Source of the DNA: an uncultured delta proteobacterium
GTDB lineage: Bacteria > Myxococcota_A > Polyangia > Haliangiales > Haliangiaceae
Length of the DNA stretch: 64,000 bases
Direction: 5' to 3'
NCBI GenBank assembly: GCA_963848295.1
Contig: CAWKDB010000010.1
Coordinates: forward strand, 3,936,001 to 4,000,000
Below are positions 36,129 to 47,988 of the stretch, in pieces (positions within the stretch are counted from its first letter, which is position 1; each line of letters starts with the position of its first letter). The notes under the pieces were generated by a model. That model made no database searches, was not told where the DNA came from, and saw only the letters and a program-made list of their open reading frames with translations. The translations under genes and the position numbers were made by a program.

Positions 36129-37324
36129 CGCTCGCGCCGCAGACGCTCGATCTCGCTCGGCGCGGGATGGACGAGCACGACGCCGCGATCGCCATCGACC
36201 GCGAGCAGATCGCCGGCGCGCGCCCAACCGAAGATGCCGGCGACCTCGACGACGAGCGGTAACTTCGCGGCGCGCGCGATCGCGATCGCGGTGGGCGATG
36301 CTTGCGCGCACGTCACGATCGCAGCCGCTCCACGCGCGACCGCTCCGATCGCGACGACGGCGCCGACGCGGTCCGCGATCCACACCGCGCCGGGCTTCGC
36401 CGAGCTGCGCTCGTCGGCGACGATGCCGATCAGCGCGCACAGCTCCTCGATCGCATCGACGTGCGCGGTGTCGCCGAGGACACCGAGCTTGTATGGAGCG
36501 CGCGCGTAGTCTTTGACGACGGCGCGCAGGTTACCCGCGGCCGCGATGAGCCGTTCGCGCAGCCGTTGATCGCAGAGCGAGAGCGCGAGTCGATCGAGTG
36601 CACCGCCGACTTGCGGGTCGTCGGTGTCGGCGAGCCGGCGGACCGCGCGGCCGAGGTCATCGCGCAATCTGCCGAGCGCGCGATCGACATCGAGAGTCGT
36701 CGCGGGCAACGAGGTCGTCGTCGGCACGACACCGGCGCGCCCGAGCACGACGCCGCTGGCGAGTGCGGTGCCGACGAGTCGCGCGGCGCGCACGGCAGAT
36801 GCGCGGCGGCGCTCCAGAGCGAGCGTGATCGGAGCGGCGAGCGCGGTGGCAAGCGTGACCTCGGCGGCGGTCATCGCGCGCTTGCGACGTTGCACGACGA
36901 GGACGCCGGCGACCGCGCCGCCGGAGATCAGCGGCACGCCGGCGAACACCGGGAACTCCTCTTCTCCGATCCCGGGCACGTACTTGTATGAGGCTTCGCC
37001 GGCAGCGCGCGCTGCCGACACGGGGCGCATGCACTCCGCGACGAGGCCGGTGATCCCTTCGCCGATCGCGAGCGAGGTGCCGATCGCAGCAGCCGCCAGC
37101 CCGACGTTGCCGCGCATCACGAGTGCGTCACCATCGCGCACGTAGATGCTCGCGACCTCGACGCCGATGATCGCGGCGATCTCGGCGCACATCGCGGTGA
37201 GCGCGACCTCGATCGGTCCGTCGTGGCCGGCGAGCTCGATCAGCTTCAAGATGCCGTCGACGCCGCGATCACCGCGGTGGTGGACGTGGATGCTCGACGG
37301 TCGAGACGTTGTCGAGCGAGCCAT
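36125..37324 (-). CDS. GAF + PEP-utiliser mobile-domain protein (truncated PtsP-like)
   Basis: GAF (GEGITGLVA, GVPL..GVLVVQ), then AIARAAKLP.V..GD.LAVDG..G.V.VHP; no PEP-binding barrel. Confidence 0.75.
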   Translation of the reverse strand: MARSTTSRPSSIHVHHRGDRGVDGILKLIELAGHDGPIEVALTAMCAEIAAIIGVEVASIYVRDGDALVMRGNVGLAAAAIGTSLAIGEGITGLVAECMRPVSAARAAGEASYKYVPGIGEEEFPVFAGVPLISGGAVAGVLVVQRRKRAMTAAEVTLATALAAPITLALERRRASAVRAARLVGTALASGVVLGRAGVVPTTTSLPATTLDVDRALGRLRDDLGRAVRRLADTDDPQVGGALDRLALSLCDQRLRERLIAAAGNLRAVVKDYARAPYKLGVLGDTAHVDAIEELCALIGIVADERSSAKPGAVWIADRVGAVVAIGAVARGAAAIVTCAQASPTAIAIARAAKLPLVVEVAGIFGWARAGDLLAVDGDRGVVLVHPAPSEIERLRRER

Positions 37325-37375
37325 GCATCCAGCCTGACATGGGAGATGTTTCCGCGGCGTTTCCGCGCTGGGAAA

Positions 37376-38692
37376 TCACGGCGTCTCGAGCAGCACAGGC
37401 ACCGCGCCGATCGCGATCGGTCCGGTGATCAGCTGCGTGCCGCGGGCGAGGTCCCGCAGCGACGTGAACCGTTCATCGGGGCTGTAGCTCGAGGTCTGGC
37501 ACGTGCCGTTCGCGCAGTGCTTCGAGGCGTCCCACACGACGAGGCCGTCGTAGCCGCCCGGGCGGGTCAGCTCGCATGTCCACACCGTGCCGGTGGCGCT
37601 ACATAGCGTCGCGAGCGTCGCGCCGACCAGCCAATCTTGAGTCACGCCGTACGCCACCCCGGGCGACAGCAAGCCATCGGTCGTGTCCCACAGCGTGCCG
37701 AATTGCGTCGGATCGTATGCGCCTTGGCCGTAACCGTACCACAGCAGGCGATCGACCCCGGCCGTCGCATGCATCAAGTAGAACCGCGCCACGAACCCGC
37801 GCTCTTCGTCGAAGTCGGGCAGGCCGGAGTTCGCGCCCCAGCTCGCTTCGGTGTCCCACAACCGCTTGGCCGACACGCCGTTCGCCGCCATCGCAGTGCG
37901 GATCGATTGCGCTTGGACGAGCAGCTTCTCCGGAACCTGCGTGTAGCCGTGGAACGCGATGATGTCGGCGTACTGACCGCCGCCGTTCGCGAGGTAGTCC
38001 TGGATGAACGCCGGCGCGGTCGCCGACGCCGCGCCCGGGCTCAAGATCTGCGCGGTCGGATCGACGGCCTTGATCTGCGCCGCGAGATCCGCGCTCATCC
38101 GCACGAGCTGCGGGGTCGTGCCGTGCCACATCGTTCCGCTCGTCAGGTTCGGTTCGTTCCACGTCTCGAAGTAGTGGATCTTGCCGGCGACGTGGACCGC
38201 GAGATCGTGCGCGAACGTGATCAGGTGCTGATCGGTGCCGGTGCCATCGGCGGCGAGATCCACGGGCGCATCGCAACCGCCGGGAGGCATGAAGCTCGCG
38301 CAGGTCGCGTCGCTCGGCGTCGACGAAGCCCACGTCGGCGTGCCGTTGAGCGTGAACACGACGTCCAGCCCGTATTGCTCGGCGTCCGCGACGAACGCAT
38401 CTACGTATGTCCAGTCGTACACGCCGTCCGCGGTCTCGATGTGACCCCACGTGCCTTGCGCCGGGCCGAGCGTGCGCGTCGTCGCGAATGTGAGCGTCGG
38501 CCATGGATTCTGGTTGTAGCGAACGCTGAGCCCGAACAGGGTCGGTGGAATGCCGTTCGCCGCAGAGCTCGCATCGAGCGAGGCGTCGACCGCGCCATCG
38601 TACGCGCTATCGGTCGCGCCATCGCTAGCGCCGGTATTGCTCGCGTGATCGCACGCGCAGGTCATCACGGCGATCGCGATCGCAATCCTCAT
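37376..38692 (-). CDS. Clan GH-A glycoside hydrolase lipoprotein (GH5/GH39-like)
   Basis: WGHIE..G.YDW, ETWNEPN (acid/base), FHGY, LWDTE (nucleophile). Confidence 0.85.
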   Translation of the reverse strand: MRIAIAIAVMTCACDHASNTGASDGATDSAYDGAVDASLDASSAANGIPPTLFGLSVRYNQNPWPTLTFATTRTLGPAQGTWGHIETADGVYDWTYVDAFVADAEQYGLDVVFTLNGTPTWASSTPSDATCASFMPPGGCDAPVDLAADGTGTDQHLITFAHDLAVHVAGKIHYFETWNEPNLTSGTMWHGTTPQLVRMSADLAAQIKAVDPTAQILSPGAASATAPAFIQDYLANGGGQYADIIAFHGYTQVPEKLLVQAQSIRTAMAANGVSAKRLWDTEASWGANSGLPDFDEERGFVARFYLMHATAGVDRLLWYGYGQGAYDPTQFGTLWDTTDGLLSPGVAYGVTQDWLVGATLATLCSATGTVWTCELTRPGGYDGLVVWDASKHCANGTCQTSSYSPDERFTSLRDLARGTQLITGPIAIGAVPVLLETP

Positions 38693-38853
38693 GTGCGTCG
38701 CTCAGTGCAAAGCGACGACCATGGCGAGACGCACGGGATCGCGACGTCGTGGAACCTCGACAGTCCCCTGGGCGCGATCATCGAAAGCGCAACGGCACCT
38801 CGAAGTGCCGAGCGCGTTTGGGTCTCGAGTTCTCTTGCCAGGCTAGCCGAGAT

Positions 38854-38869
38854 CTGAACACTTGTACAG
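38854..38869. promoter_or_regulatory. Putative LexA (SOS) box upstream of dnaE2
   Basis: CTGAACACTTGTACAG, ending 3 bp before the GTG start. Confidence 0.8.
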
Positions 38870-38872
38870 GTC

Positions 38873-41800
38873 GTGTATTCGCCGCTGTGGTGCAAATCGA
38901 CGTTCTCGTTTCTCGAGGGTGCGAGCCATCCCGAGGAGCTGGTCGAGGAGGCGCATCGCTTCGGTCTGACATCGATCGCGCTCGCGGATCGCGATGGCGT
39001 CTACGGCATGGTTCGCGCGCACATGAAAGCGCGCGAGCTCGGCGTCAAGCTGCTGTGCGGCGCGACGCTCACCGTCGCGGCACATGGCGTGAGGCTCGCG
39101 GCATCGCCGGTAGGGATCGATCACGAAGGTCGTGGGCCAGGGTGGGGCCGAGAGACCGACGATTTGCCGTCGGCGATTCCGATCACCGGCAGACGGGGGC
39201 GCACGAAGCGAGCGCAGCCGCGCCAAGTCGCGCTCGAGCTCGCAGCGCCAGCGACCTCCCCGATCGCGCTCTACGCGATCGATCGCGCGGGCTGGGCGAG
39301 CATCGTGCGGCTGATCACCGCGGGGCGGCGGCGCTGCGACAAGGGCGAGTCGCTCGTCGGTTGGGATGAGGTGTGCACGCACGCGACCGGCGTGGTCGCG
39401 GTGTGGCACGACGCGCTCGCCGGCGAGCTCGCCCCACCGCCCGCGCTGCTCGACGAGCTGCGCGCAGCCTTTGGCGATCGGCTCTATGCGATGGTCTCGC
39501 GCCATCGCCGCGCCGACGACGTCGCGCGTGAAGCTCGCGTCCGAGCTCGCGCGAAAGCGGCGTGCATTCCGATCGTCGCCTCGAACGAGGTGCTCTATCA
39601 CACGCGCGCGCGCCGGCCTCTACAAGATATGCTGACGTGCATCCGCCACGGCGTCACGCTGACGACTGCGGGCCGCAAGATCCGTGGCAACGACGAGCAC
39701 GATCTGCGCACGCCGCACGCGTTCGCGAAGCTGTTCGCCGACGATCCGGCGTCGGTCGCACGCACGCTCGAGGTCGCCGCGCGCTGCACGTTTTCGCTCG
39801 CCGAGCTGCGCTATCGCTATCCGTCGGAGCGGCTGCCCGACGGCTCGACCTCGGCCGACTACTTGCGCCGGTTGACGTTCAGCGGCGCCGCCGAACGTTA
39901 TCGACATCTGGCCGCCGGCGTCCCGCCGCAAGTGACTCACCAGCTCGAGGCCGAGCTGTCGGTGATCGAGGATCTCGACTACCCCGGCTACTTCCTGACC
40001 ATGTACGAGATCGTCGCGTACTGCCGGCGGCGCGACATCATGTGCCAAGGCCGCGGCTCGGCGGCGAACTCGGCGGTGTGTTTCTGCCTCGGCATCACCG
40101 CGATCGATCCGACGCGCTCGAAGCTGTTGTTCGAGCGGTTCTTGTCGCGCGAGCGCGCCGAGCCGCCGGACATCGACCTCGACATCGAGCACGAGCGGCG
40201 CGAAGAGGTGATCCAGCACGTCTACTCGGTCTACGGCCGCGATCACGCGGCGATGGTGTGCAACATCATCCGCTATCGCCCGCGCTCGGCGGTGCGCGAC
40301 GTCGGCAAGGCGCTCGGCATTCCGGAGACCGCGCTCGATCGCGCCGCGAAGCACTTGTCGATGTACGGTGGGGTCGAAGAGTCGGCGCTCGTCGCGAGTG
40401 GCATCGCGCAAGACGCCGGCCATGCCTCGGCGTTCTCTCATCTATCGCGGTTGGCTGACGAGATCCTCGAGGTGCCGCGCCATCTGTCGGTGCACCCTGG
40501 CGGGTTCCTGCTCGGCCACGATCCGGTGCACGACATCGTGCCGATCGAGAACGCGGCGATGCCGGGTCGCACCGTGATCCAATGGGACAAGGACGATCTC
40601 GAAGATCTCGGCCTGTTCAAGGTCGACTTGCTCGGCCTCGGCGCGCTGCATCAGCTCCATCTCGGCTTCGATTTACTGCGCGCGCATCGCGGCCTCGACC
40701 TCACGATGGCGACGATCCCCGCCGAGGATCCAGCGACCTACGAGATGATGTGCACCGCCGACACCGTCGGCACGTTTCAGATCGAGAGTCGCGCGCAGAT
40801 GTCGATGCTGCCGCGGCTCAAGCCGCGCGAGTTCTACGACCTGGTGATCCAGATCAGCATCGTGCGACCGGGCCCGATCTCCGGCGGCATGGTGCATCCG
40901 TACTTGCGTCGGCGCGCCGGGCTCGAACAAGTCGAGTATCCGCATCCCTGCCTCGAAGAAGTGCTCGAACGAAGACCTCGGCGTGCCGCTGTTTCAGGAG
41001 CAGGTCATGCGCCTTGCGGTCGTCGCCGCCGACTACACGCCGGGCGAAGCCGACCAGCTGCGCCGCGACATGGCCGCGTGGCGCCGCTCGGGCCGGATCG
41101 AAAAGCATCGCGAGCGGCTGATCTCGCGCGATGGAGGCCAAAGGTATCGCCCGCGAGTTCGGCGAGCGCGTGTTCGAGCAGATCCGCGGCTTCGGCGAAT
41201 ATGGATTTCCGGAGTCTCACGCGACCAGCTTCGCATTGATCGCGTATGCGACGACGTGGATGCGCAAACACTACATGCCGGAGTTCACGTGCTCGTTGCT
41301 CAACGCACAGCCGATGGGGTTCTATGCGCCGGCGACGATCGTCGGCGATGCGCAGCGCCACGGGCTCGAGATCCGGCCGATCGACGTGACCCGCAGCATC
41401 TGGGATTGCACGCTCGAGCCGACCGACGACGACTTTCGCTTCGCGGTGCGGATGGGCCTGCGGTGGGTGCGCGGCATGCAGATCGCCGACGGCGAGCGCA
41501 TCGTCGCGGCGCGGCGCGAGCGGCCGTTCGAATCGGCGGGCGACTTCGTATTGCGCACGCGCGTGGCGACGCGGGTCCATTCAGCGCTCGCCGAGGCCGG
41601 CGCGCTCGGCAAGCTCGAGCCCGCGGTCGCGCACCGCCGCGATGCGATCTGGCAGGTGCTCGGCTGGGTCGCGCGCCAAGACGATCCGATCGAGCTCGGC
41701 GACGCCCACGGCCAGGCGACGTTCGCGCAGCTCGGCGCTCTCGACGAGATCGTTTGGGACTATCGCTCGAGCTCGCACTCGACGCGCGGTCATCCGCTCG

Positions 41801-42153
41801 CGCCGCTGCGCAGCGAGCTCCGCGCCAATCGTTGGCCTGACGCGCGCACGGTGGCACGCGGCCGCGACGGTGCGCGCATCGAGTACGTCGGCATCGTGAT
41901 CTGCCGGCAGCGTCCGGGCACCGCGTCGGGCGTGACGTTCATGACGCTCGAAGACGAGACCGGGTTCGTCAACCTCGTGATCTGGTCGCAGACGTTCGAG
42001 CGCTTCGCGCACGTCGGCCGCACCGCGTCGCTGCTCGGCGTGACCGGCGTGCTGCAAGTGCAAGAGGGCATCGTCCACCTGATCGCGGACGAGCTGTGGA
42101 TTCCCGAGCTGACCCGGCCGATCGCCGACGTCGATAGCCGCGACTTCCACTAG
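38873..42153 (+). CDS. dnaE2: Error-prone DNA polymerase III alpha DnaE2/ImuC, with two apparent +1 frameshifts
   Basis: [49 protein letters not shown]-terminal SRDFH. Shifts near 40970 and 41130. Confidence 0.95.
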
Positions 42154-42182
42154 CCGGCGTGGGCGAGCGAGCTGATGGCCGA

Positions 42183-42227
42183 CTACTACGCGACCGCGCG
42201 CGGCTACTACGCGACCGCGCGCGGCTA
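42183..42227 (+). repeat. 21-bp tandem duplication in intergenic region
   Basis: CTACTACGCGACCGCGCGCGG x2 + CTA. Confidence 0.85.
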
Positions 42228-42330
42228 GCGCGCGGGGCAGGCGGCCGCCGCGATCGCTTCGCGACTGACGTAACTCCGGCGTCACCGCGTTGTGGTACTC
42301 CTGTCACACGAATTGTGGTGACCTCCGCGC

Positions 42331-43712
42331 GTGCGCGGCTTCCCACTCGTCTTGCTCGCGGCGTGTGCCGACGTCGGCAACCTGGGGCCACGCGAGCAGC
42401 TCGTGATCTCGACGCTCGCCGACGACAATTACGTATGGGCGCAGCGCGATCCCGACATCGTCGCCGACAAGCTCGTCAAGATGCAGCGCAGCCCCTACAT
42501 CTGGCTGCGAGGCACGGCCGCGGTGTTCTGGCGCGACATCATGGATCCGGGTGAGGCGAGGCCGGCGACCGCGTTCGGCAGCCCGGCGTCGTCGCGGGTC
42601 CTGCTCGTTGCAGATCCACACCCCGAGAACGCGGGCACGTTCCAGGCGGCCGACGGCACGATGGTGATCGACTGGAACGACTTCGACAGCGCGGGCTACG
42701 GGCCGTACGAGGGCGATCTGCGGCGGATGATCGCCGGGTTGATCATCGCCGCGGATGATCCGACCATCACCGACGACATCGCGCGCAACGCCGCGACCGG
42801 TTACGCGCAGCAGATCGCCGCGCTCGCCGCCGGCAAGCCGGTCGTGCCGGTCGGGGTCGGCGCCGAGCCGTACTTCGACAAGATCATCGCGAAGGCGCAA
42901 GCGAACGCGGCGGCGGGCAAGACGATCGACGAGATCGCTCCGGTCGTCGCCGATGGCGTCCGCGCGATCGCGTTCGGCGACGTCGAGCCGGTCGCGGCCG
43001 ACGGCGTGATCGAGAACCGACTCGCGCCGGTCGGCGCCGACGCGGCGGTGTGGATCGACGAAGCGATCGCCGCGTGGCGGACGCATGTGCCCGGCGAGCT
43101 CGGCGCGGTGAAGCTGCGCGCGCGGCAGTACGGCTCGGGCGTCGAGAGCTATCCGACGCTGCGCTACGAGGTCGTGCTCGAGGGGCCGACCGCGGCGATC
43201 GACGACGATCTCGTCGTCGAGCTCAAGGAAGAGCGCGAGGGCCTCGTGATCGCGAACGTGCCGATCCTCGACGTCGCGCCGTGGAGCTCGCCGGCGGCGC
43301 GTGACGTCGATGCCGCGCATCACTTGCAGGCGCTCCCCGAGGAAGACCTGCTGCTCGGCGTCGGCGACGTCGCGCCACTCAGCATCGTCGTCCACCACGA
43401 GACCGACTATCAGAAGGGCGTCAATGCCGACGACCTCGCCGCGCTCGCCGCCGGCAGCGACGCGAAGCGAGATCAGCTGCGCGCGCTCGCCACGAGGTTC
43501 GGCCAGATGCTCGCGACCTCGCACGGCAAGGCGCCGACCGCCGACGGCGTGCCCGGGTGGTCGGTGATCGCGCCGCTGATCGCGGGCCAGACCGACGCGT
43601 TCGTCGCCGAGGTCATGGCGCTGTCCGAGGCCGATGCCGCGCAGGTCGCCGCCGACTTCGCGAGCCTCCAGGGCGTCGACCTAGCGCCGCTCGTGCTGCC
43701 GCAGGTGGCGCG

Positions 43713-43716
<4 letters not shown>
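42331..43716 (+). CDS. DUF2252-family protein with lipoprotein signal
   Basis: KM..SPY.WLRGT, D.HPEN.GT, DWNDFD, DL.R, G.GV.S, ELKE; lipobox LAAC. Confidence 0.8.
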
Positions 43717-44924
<1,208 letters not shown>

Positions 44925-44932
44925 GAGCCTCC

Positions 44933-45463
44933 ATGCGCGCCATCGCCCTCGCTCTGCTCGCCGCCTGTAGCAACGCCGCGGATCCCGCACCCGACGTGCT
45001 GCCGCACTACGATGGTCACGAATCGGTGACCGGCGACGCGCCGCTCGCGATCGACGCGCCACCGGCCGGTCCACTCCACGTGTTGATCGTCAACGAGGTC
45101 GTCGCCGCGGGCGATCCCGATTGGTTCGAGGTGGTGAACGCGACCTTCGATCCGGTCGAGCTGTCCGACTACATCTACGTCGACAAGGCGAACGACTTCA
45201 CGAAGGCCGTGGCGTTCCCCGCGATGACGCTGGCCCCCGGCGCGTACTATGCGCAAGACGTCGACACCGCGACCTCGGGGTTCTCGCTCGGGAGCGACGA
45301 GGAGTTGTGGGTCTACCGCAAGAGCGACGACGTGCTGTCTGACGGCGTCGACTGGGCCGACGGAGATTCGCCGAGTGGCGGCAGCTTCGCGCGGATCCCC
45401 GACATCTTCGGTCCGTTCGTGACGTCGACCCACCCGACGAAGGGCGCGCCGAACCAGCCGTGA
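44933..45463 (+). CDS. Lamin-tail-domain lipoprotein
   Basis: IVNEV, DWFEV.N, TLAPG.Y, FSL...E, S.AR.PD, PT.GAPN. Confidence 0.85.
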   Translation: MRAIALALLAACSNAADPAPDVLPHYDGHESVTGDAPLAIDAPPAGPLHVLIVNEVVAAGDPDWFEVVNATFDPVELSDYIYVDKANDFTKAVAFPAMTLAPGAYYAQDVDTATSGFSLGSDEELWVYRKSDDVLSDGVDWADGDSPSGGSFARIPDIFGPFVTSTHPTKGAPNQP

Positions 45464-45530
45464 CCGCCGCCTACTTCTCGTCGGCGAGCGGATCGCCACC
45501 ACGCCGGTTGCCAGCAAATAGTTCGCGCCT

Positions 45531-46472
45531 TCAGTGGCGGAGCGCGATCAACGCGAGCAGCTCCCACGCGAGGTTCGCCGCGAGGTGCGACGTGATGTCG
45601 GCATGGTCGAGCGGCGGGCAGACCTCGACGACATCGCCGCCGCGGACGTCGAGGCCGGCGAGCCCGCGGATCAGCGCCAACGCCTCGCGCGCGCTCAGTC
45701 CGCCGGGGACCGGCGTGCCGGTGCCGGGCGCGAACGCCGGATCGATCGCATCGACGTCGAACGTCACGTAGACCGGGCGCGCGCCGATGCGCTCGCGCAG
45801 CTCGGCACACACGTGGCTCACGCCACGCTCGTCGATCTGATCCGGCGACAACACGCTGTGGCCTTGGGTTCGCGCGATCACGTCGTCGCTCGCGCTGCCG
45901 CGCGGGCCGCGCACGCCGATCTGATAGAGCTGACCGGGCTCGACGAGGCCTTCGTCGATGATGTGGCGAATCGGCGTGCCGTGATGGAACTCGTCGCCCC
46001 ACACGTTCGGTCCGCTGAGGTCGAGGTGCGCATCGAAGTGGACGACCGCGAGCGGGCCGAGTCGCTTGGCGAGCGCGCGCACGACCGGCAACGAGATCGA
46101 GTGATCGCCGCCGATCACGATCGGCGCGATGTCGGCGGTCACGAGCTGGCGAACCTCGACCTCGACTGCCGAGCGCATCGCGGCGCGATCGAACGGCGGG
46201 AACACGACGTTGCCGGCGTCGACACAGCGCAGGCGCGCGAACACGTCGACCCGGTGCACCGGGTGATGCCCCTGGACGAGCGCGGAGACGCGGCGCACGT
46301 GATACGGCGCGAGCCGCGCGCCCGGCTGGTACGTCGTGCCGGCGTCGTGCGGGACGCCGAGCACCGCCGCCTCGGCGCTAGCCAGCTCGGCGGCGGGATG
46401 GAGATGGGCGAGCGGTAGCCGAAAGAACGGCGTTTGACCGTGGCGGAGATAGTCGAGCGCTGGGCTTTGCAT
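45531..46472 (-). CDS. speB: Agmatinase-type ureohydrolase
   Basis: GVPHDAG..PGAR.AP, GGDHSIS, DAHLD, HGTP, DVDAIDP..APGTGTP. Start MQSPA at 46472. Confidence 0.88.
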   Translation of the reverse strand: MQSPALDYLRHGQTPFFRLPLAHLHPAAELASAEAAVLGVPHDAGTTYQPGARLAPYHVRRVSALVQGHHPVHRVDVFARLRCVDAGNVVFPPFDRAAMRSAVEVEVRQLVTADIAPIVIGGDHSISLPVVRALAKRLGPLAVVHFDAHLDLSGPNVWGDEFHHGTPIRHIIDEGLVEPGQLYQIGVRGPRGSASDDVIARTQGHSVLSPDQIDERGVSHVCAELRERIGARPVYVTFDVDAIDPAFAPGTGTPVPGGLSAREALALIRGLAGLDVRGGDVVEVCPPLDHADITSHLAANLAWELLALIALRH

Positions 46473-47199
46473 CGTCGCTCCTGTCGAGCAACCGCGCGAT
46501 CGCGTGGCGGGCGCGCGCGGCCATGTCTTCCGCGAGCTCGCCGGTGCGCGGCAGCATCGCCGCGCCAAACGAGATCGTGACGTCGATGCGCGCCCGTCCG
46601 GCGGTGCGCAGATAGTGCGGCAAGAACGTCGCCTGGTCGCACCAGGCGAGCTCTGGATCGCGATAGCGGATCGCGAGCGGCACGACCGGCACGTCGAGGC
46701 GTTGGGCGATGCCGAACGTACCCCGCCAGAACGGCGCGACCTTGTCGCCGCGGGTCGTCGTGCCTTCGGGGAAGTTGAGCACCGGCGCACCGGCGGCGAG
46801 CAGATCGTGAAGGTGGCGCAGCACGCGAGCTCGCGCGAATGGATCGTCGCGGCGCACGAACGTGACGCCGAGCGCCGAGCCGATCGAGCCGACGATCGGC
46901 CAGCTCGCGACCTCGCCCTTCGCGACCGGGATCGCCGGGCACACCGGCAGGATCGCGAGCGGATCGAGATAGCTGACGTGGTTCGACACGAGCAAGGCCG
47001 TGCCGCGCGGGATCTCGCCGCGCGTCGTGACGTGCAGCGCATGGGCGCGGCCGATCGCACCGAGCGCCGCGGCGAGCCGATGGGCCGCTTCCCGTGGATC
47101 GCGCGGCGGCGTCATCCGAGCCGATCCGAGCTCGGCGAGCGCATCGAACAGCCCGCGGCCCATGTGGCGCGTCGCACGCAGCAGCGGCAAGCCGATCAC
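46378..47199 (-). CDS. PlsC-like lysophospholipid acyltransferase
   Basis: NHVSYLD, FV.R, FPEGT, VVP. GTG start overlaps the GNAT stop; 3' end overlaps speB by 95 bp. Confidence 0.88.
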   Translation of the reverse strand: MIGLPLLRATRHMGRGLFDALAELGSARMTPPRDPREAAHRLAAALGAIGRAHALHVTTRGEIPRGTALLVSNHVSYLDPLAILPVCPAIPVAKGEVASWPIVGSIGSALGVTFVRRDDPFARARVLRHLHDLLAAGAPVLNFPEGTTTRGDKVAPFWRGTFGIAQRLDVPVVPLAIRYRDPELAWCDQATFLPHYLRTAGRARIDVTISFGAAMLPRTGELAEDMAARARHAIARLLDRSDDAKPSARLSPPRSNAVLSATARPSPSRRRAG

Positions 47200-47786
47200 G
47201 CCGCCTCTCGAGCGGGCTCGCGGCGCGGGATGAGCCCCAGCCGCTCGTACTTCGACCGCAGCCGCTCGAACGAGGCGCGGTCGATGCGCGACACGATGCG
47301 CTCGTCCCCGGGCCCGTAGAAGTCGTGCAACAGGCCGACCTCGGTCGCGCCGAGCATCGCGTGCAGCGCGCGCGCTGGCGCGTTGTCGGGCTTGACCGTG
47401 AACCAGCACGTCTCGATCGCGTCGCGCTCGCCGGCCGGGACCTGCGCCCGGCCGGCAGCACTGCCGAATGGCAGTGCGGTTGGATCAATGATCTTCTTGA
47501 CGAACGCGGCGAGTAGCAGCGGCGTGATCCGCGTGCGCTGGTACGCCGGCAAGACCGCGAGCGTCGTACAGTACGCCTCGCGATCGCGGATGAAGCACAG
47601 CAAGTAAGCCGCGGGCTTGCCATCGGCGAATGCGATGAAGCAGCTATCCGCGAAGAACTCGGTGCACAGCCGCAGGTAATACGGGCACAACACGTCCTCG
47701 CCGGCAGCCCCGAACACGTCGGTCTCGAGCTGGCGCAACGCCGCAAAGTCGTCGCTGCATAGGGAGCGCACTTGGTAGCGCGTCAT
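47196..47786 (-). CDS. GNAT-family N-acyltransferase
   Basis: TTLAV.P.YQR, TV.PDN.PA..L...LG, FYG; start MTRYQ. Confidence 0.85.
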   Translation of the reverse strand: MTRYQVRSLCSDDFAALRQLETDVFGAAGEDVLCPYYLRLCTEFFADSCFIAFADGKPAAYLLCFIRDREAYCTTLAVLPAYQRTRITPLLLAAFVKKIIDPTALPFGSAAGRAQVPAGERDAIETCWFTVKPDNAPARALHAMLGATEVGLLHDFYGPGDERIVSRIDRASFERLRSKYERLGLIPRREPAREAA

Positions 47787-47988
47787 GAGGTCCCTCCTCG
47801 TGGTTTGGCCCAACTTAGCGACCGTCGATGACGCGACGCCAAAGCCCGCGAAACTTCGTCGCAGCGGGAGCGTGACAATTTCAATGTGACAGCTCGGTCG
47901 CGGCCCGGTGACCGGATCCCCTACCTCGCGTCACCGATTGGTTGCCCTCCGGAGGCGGTGCGGTCACGGCCAGTTTCTAGCGTGAACC

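Noticed and set aside
40960..41135. Programmed frameshifting or a naturally split dnaE2
   Set aside because: No slippery site or intein motifs, and the same +1 pattern occurs in unrelated genes.
42183..42227. 21-bp tandem repeat as an operator or mobile-element end
   Set aside because: Only two copies, none seen elsewhere; simple slippage suffices.
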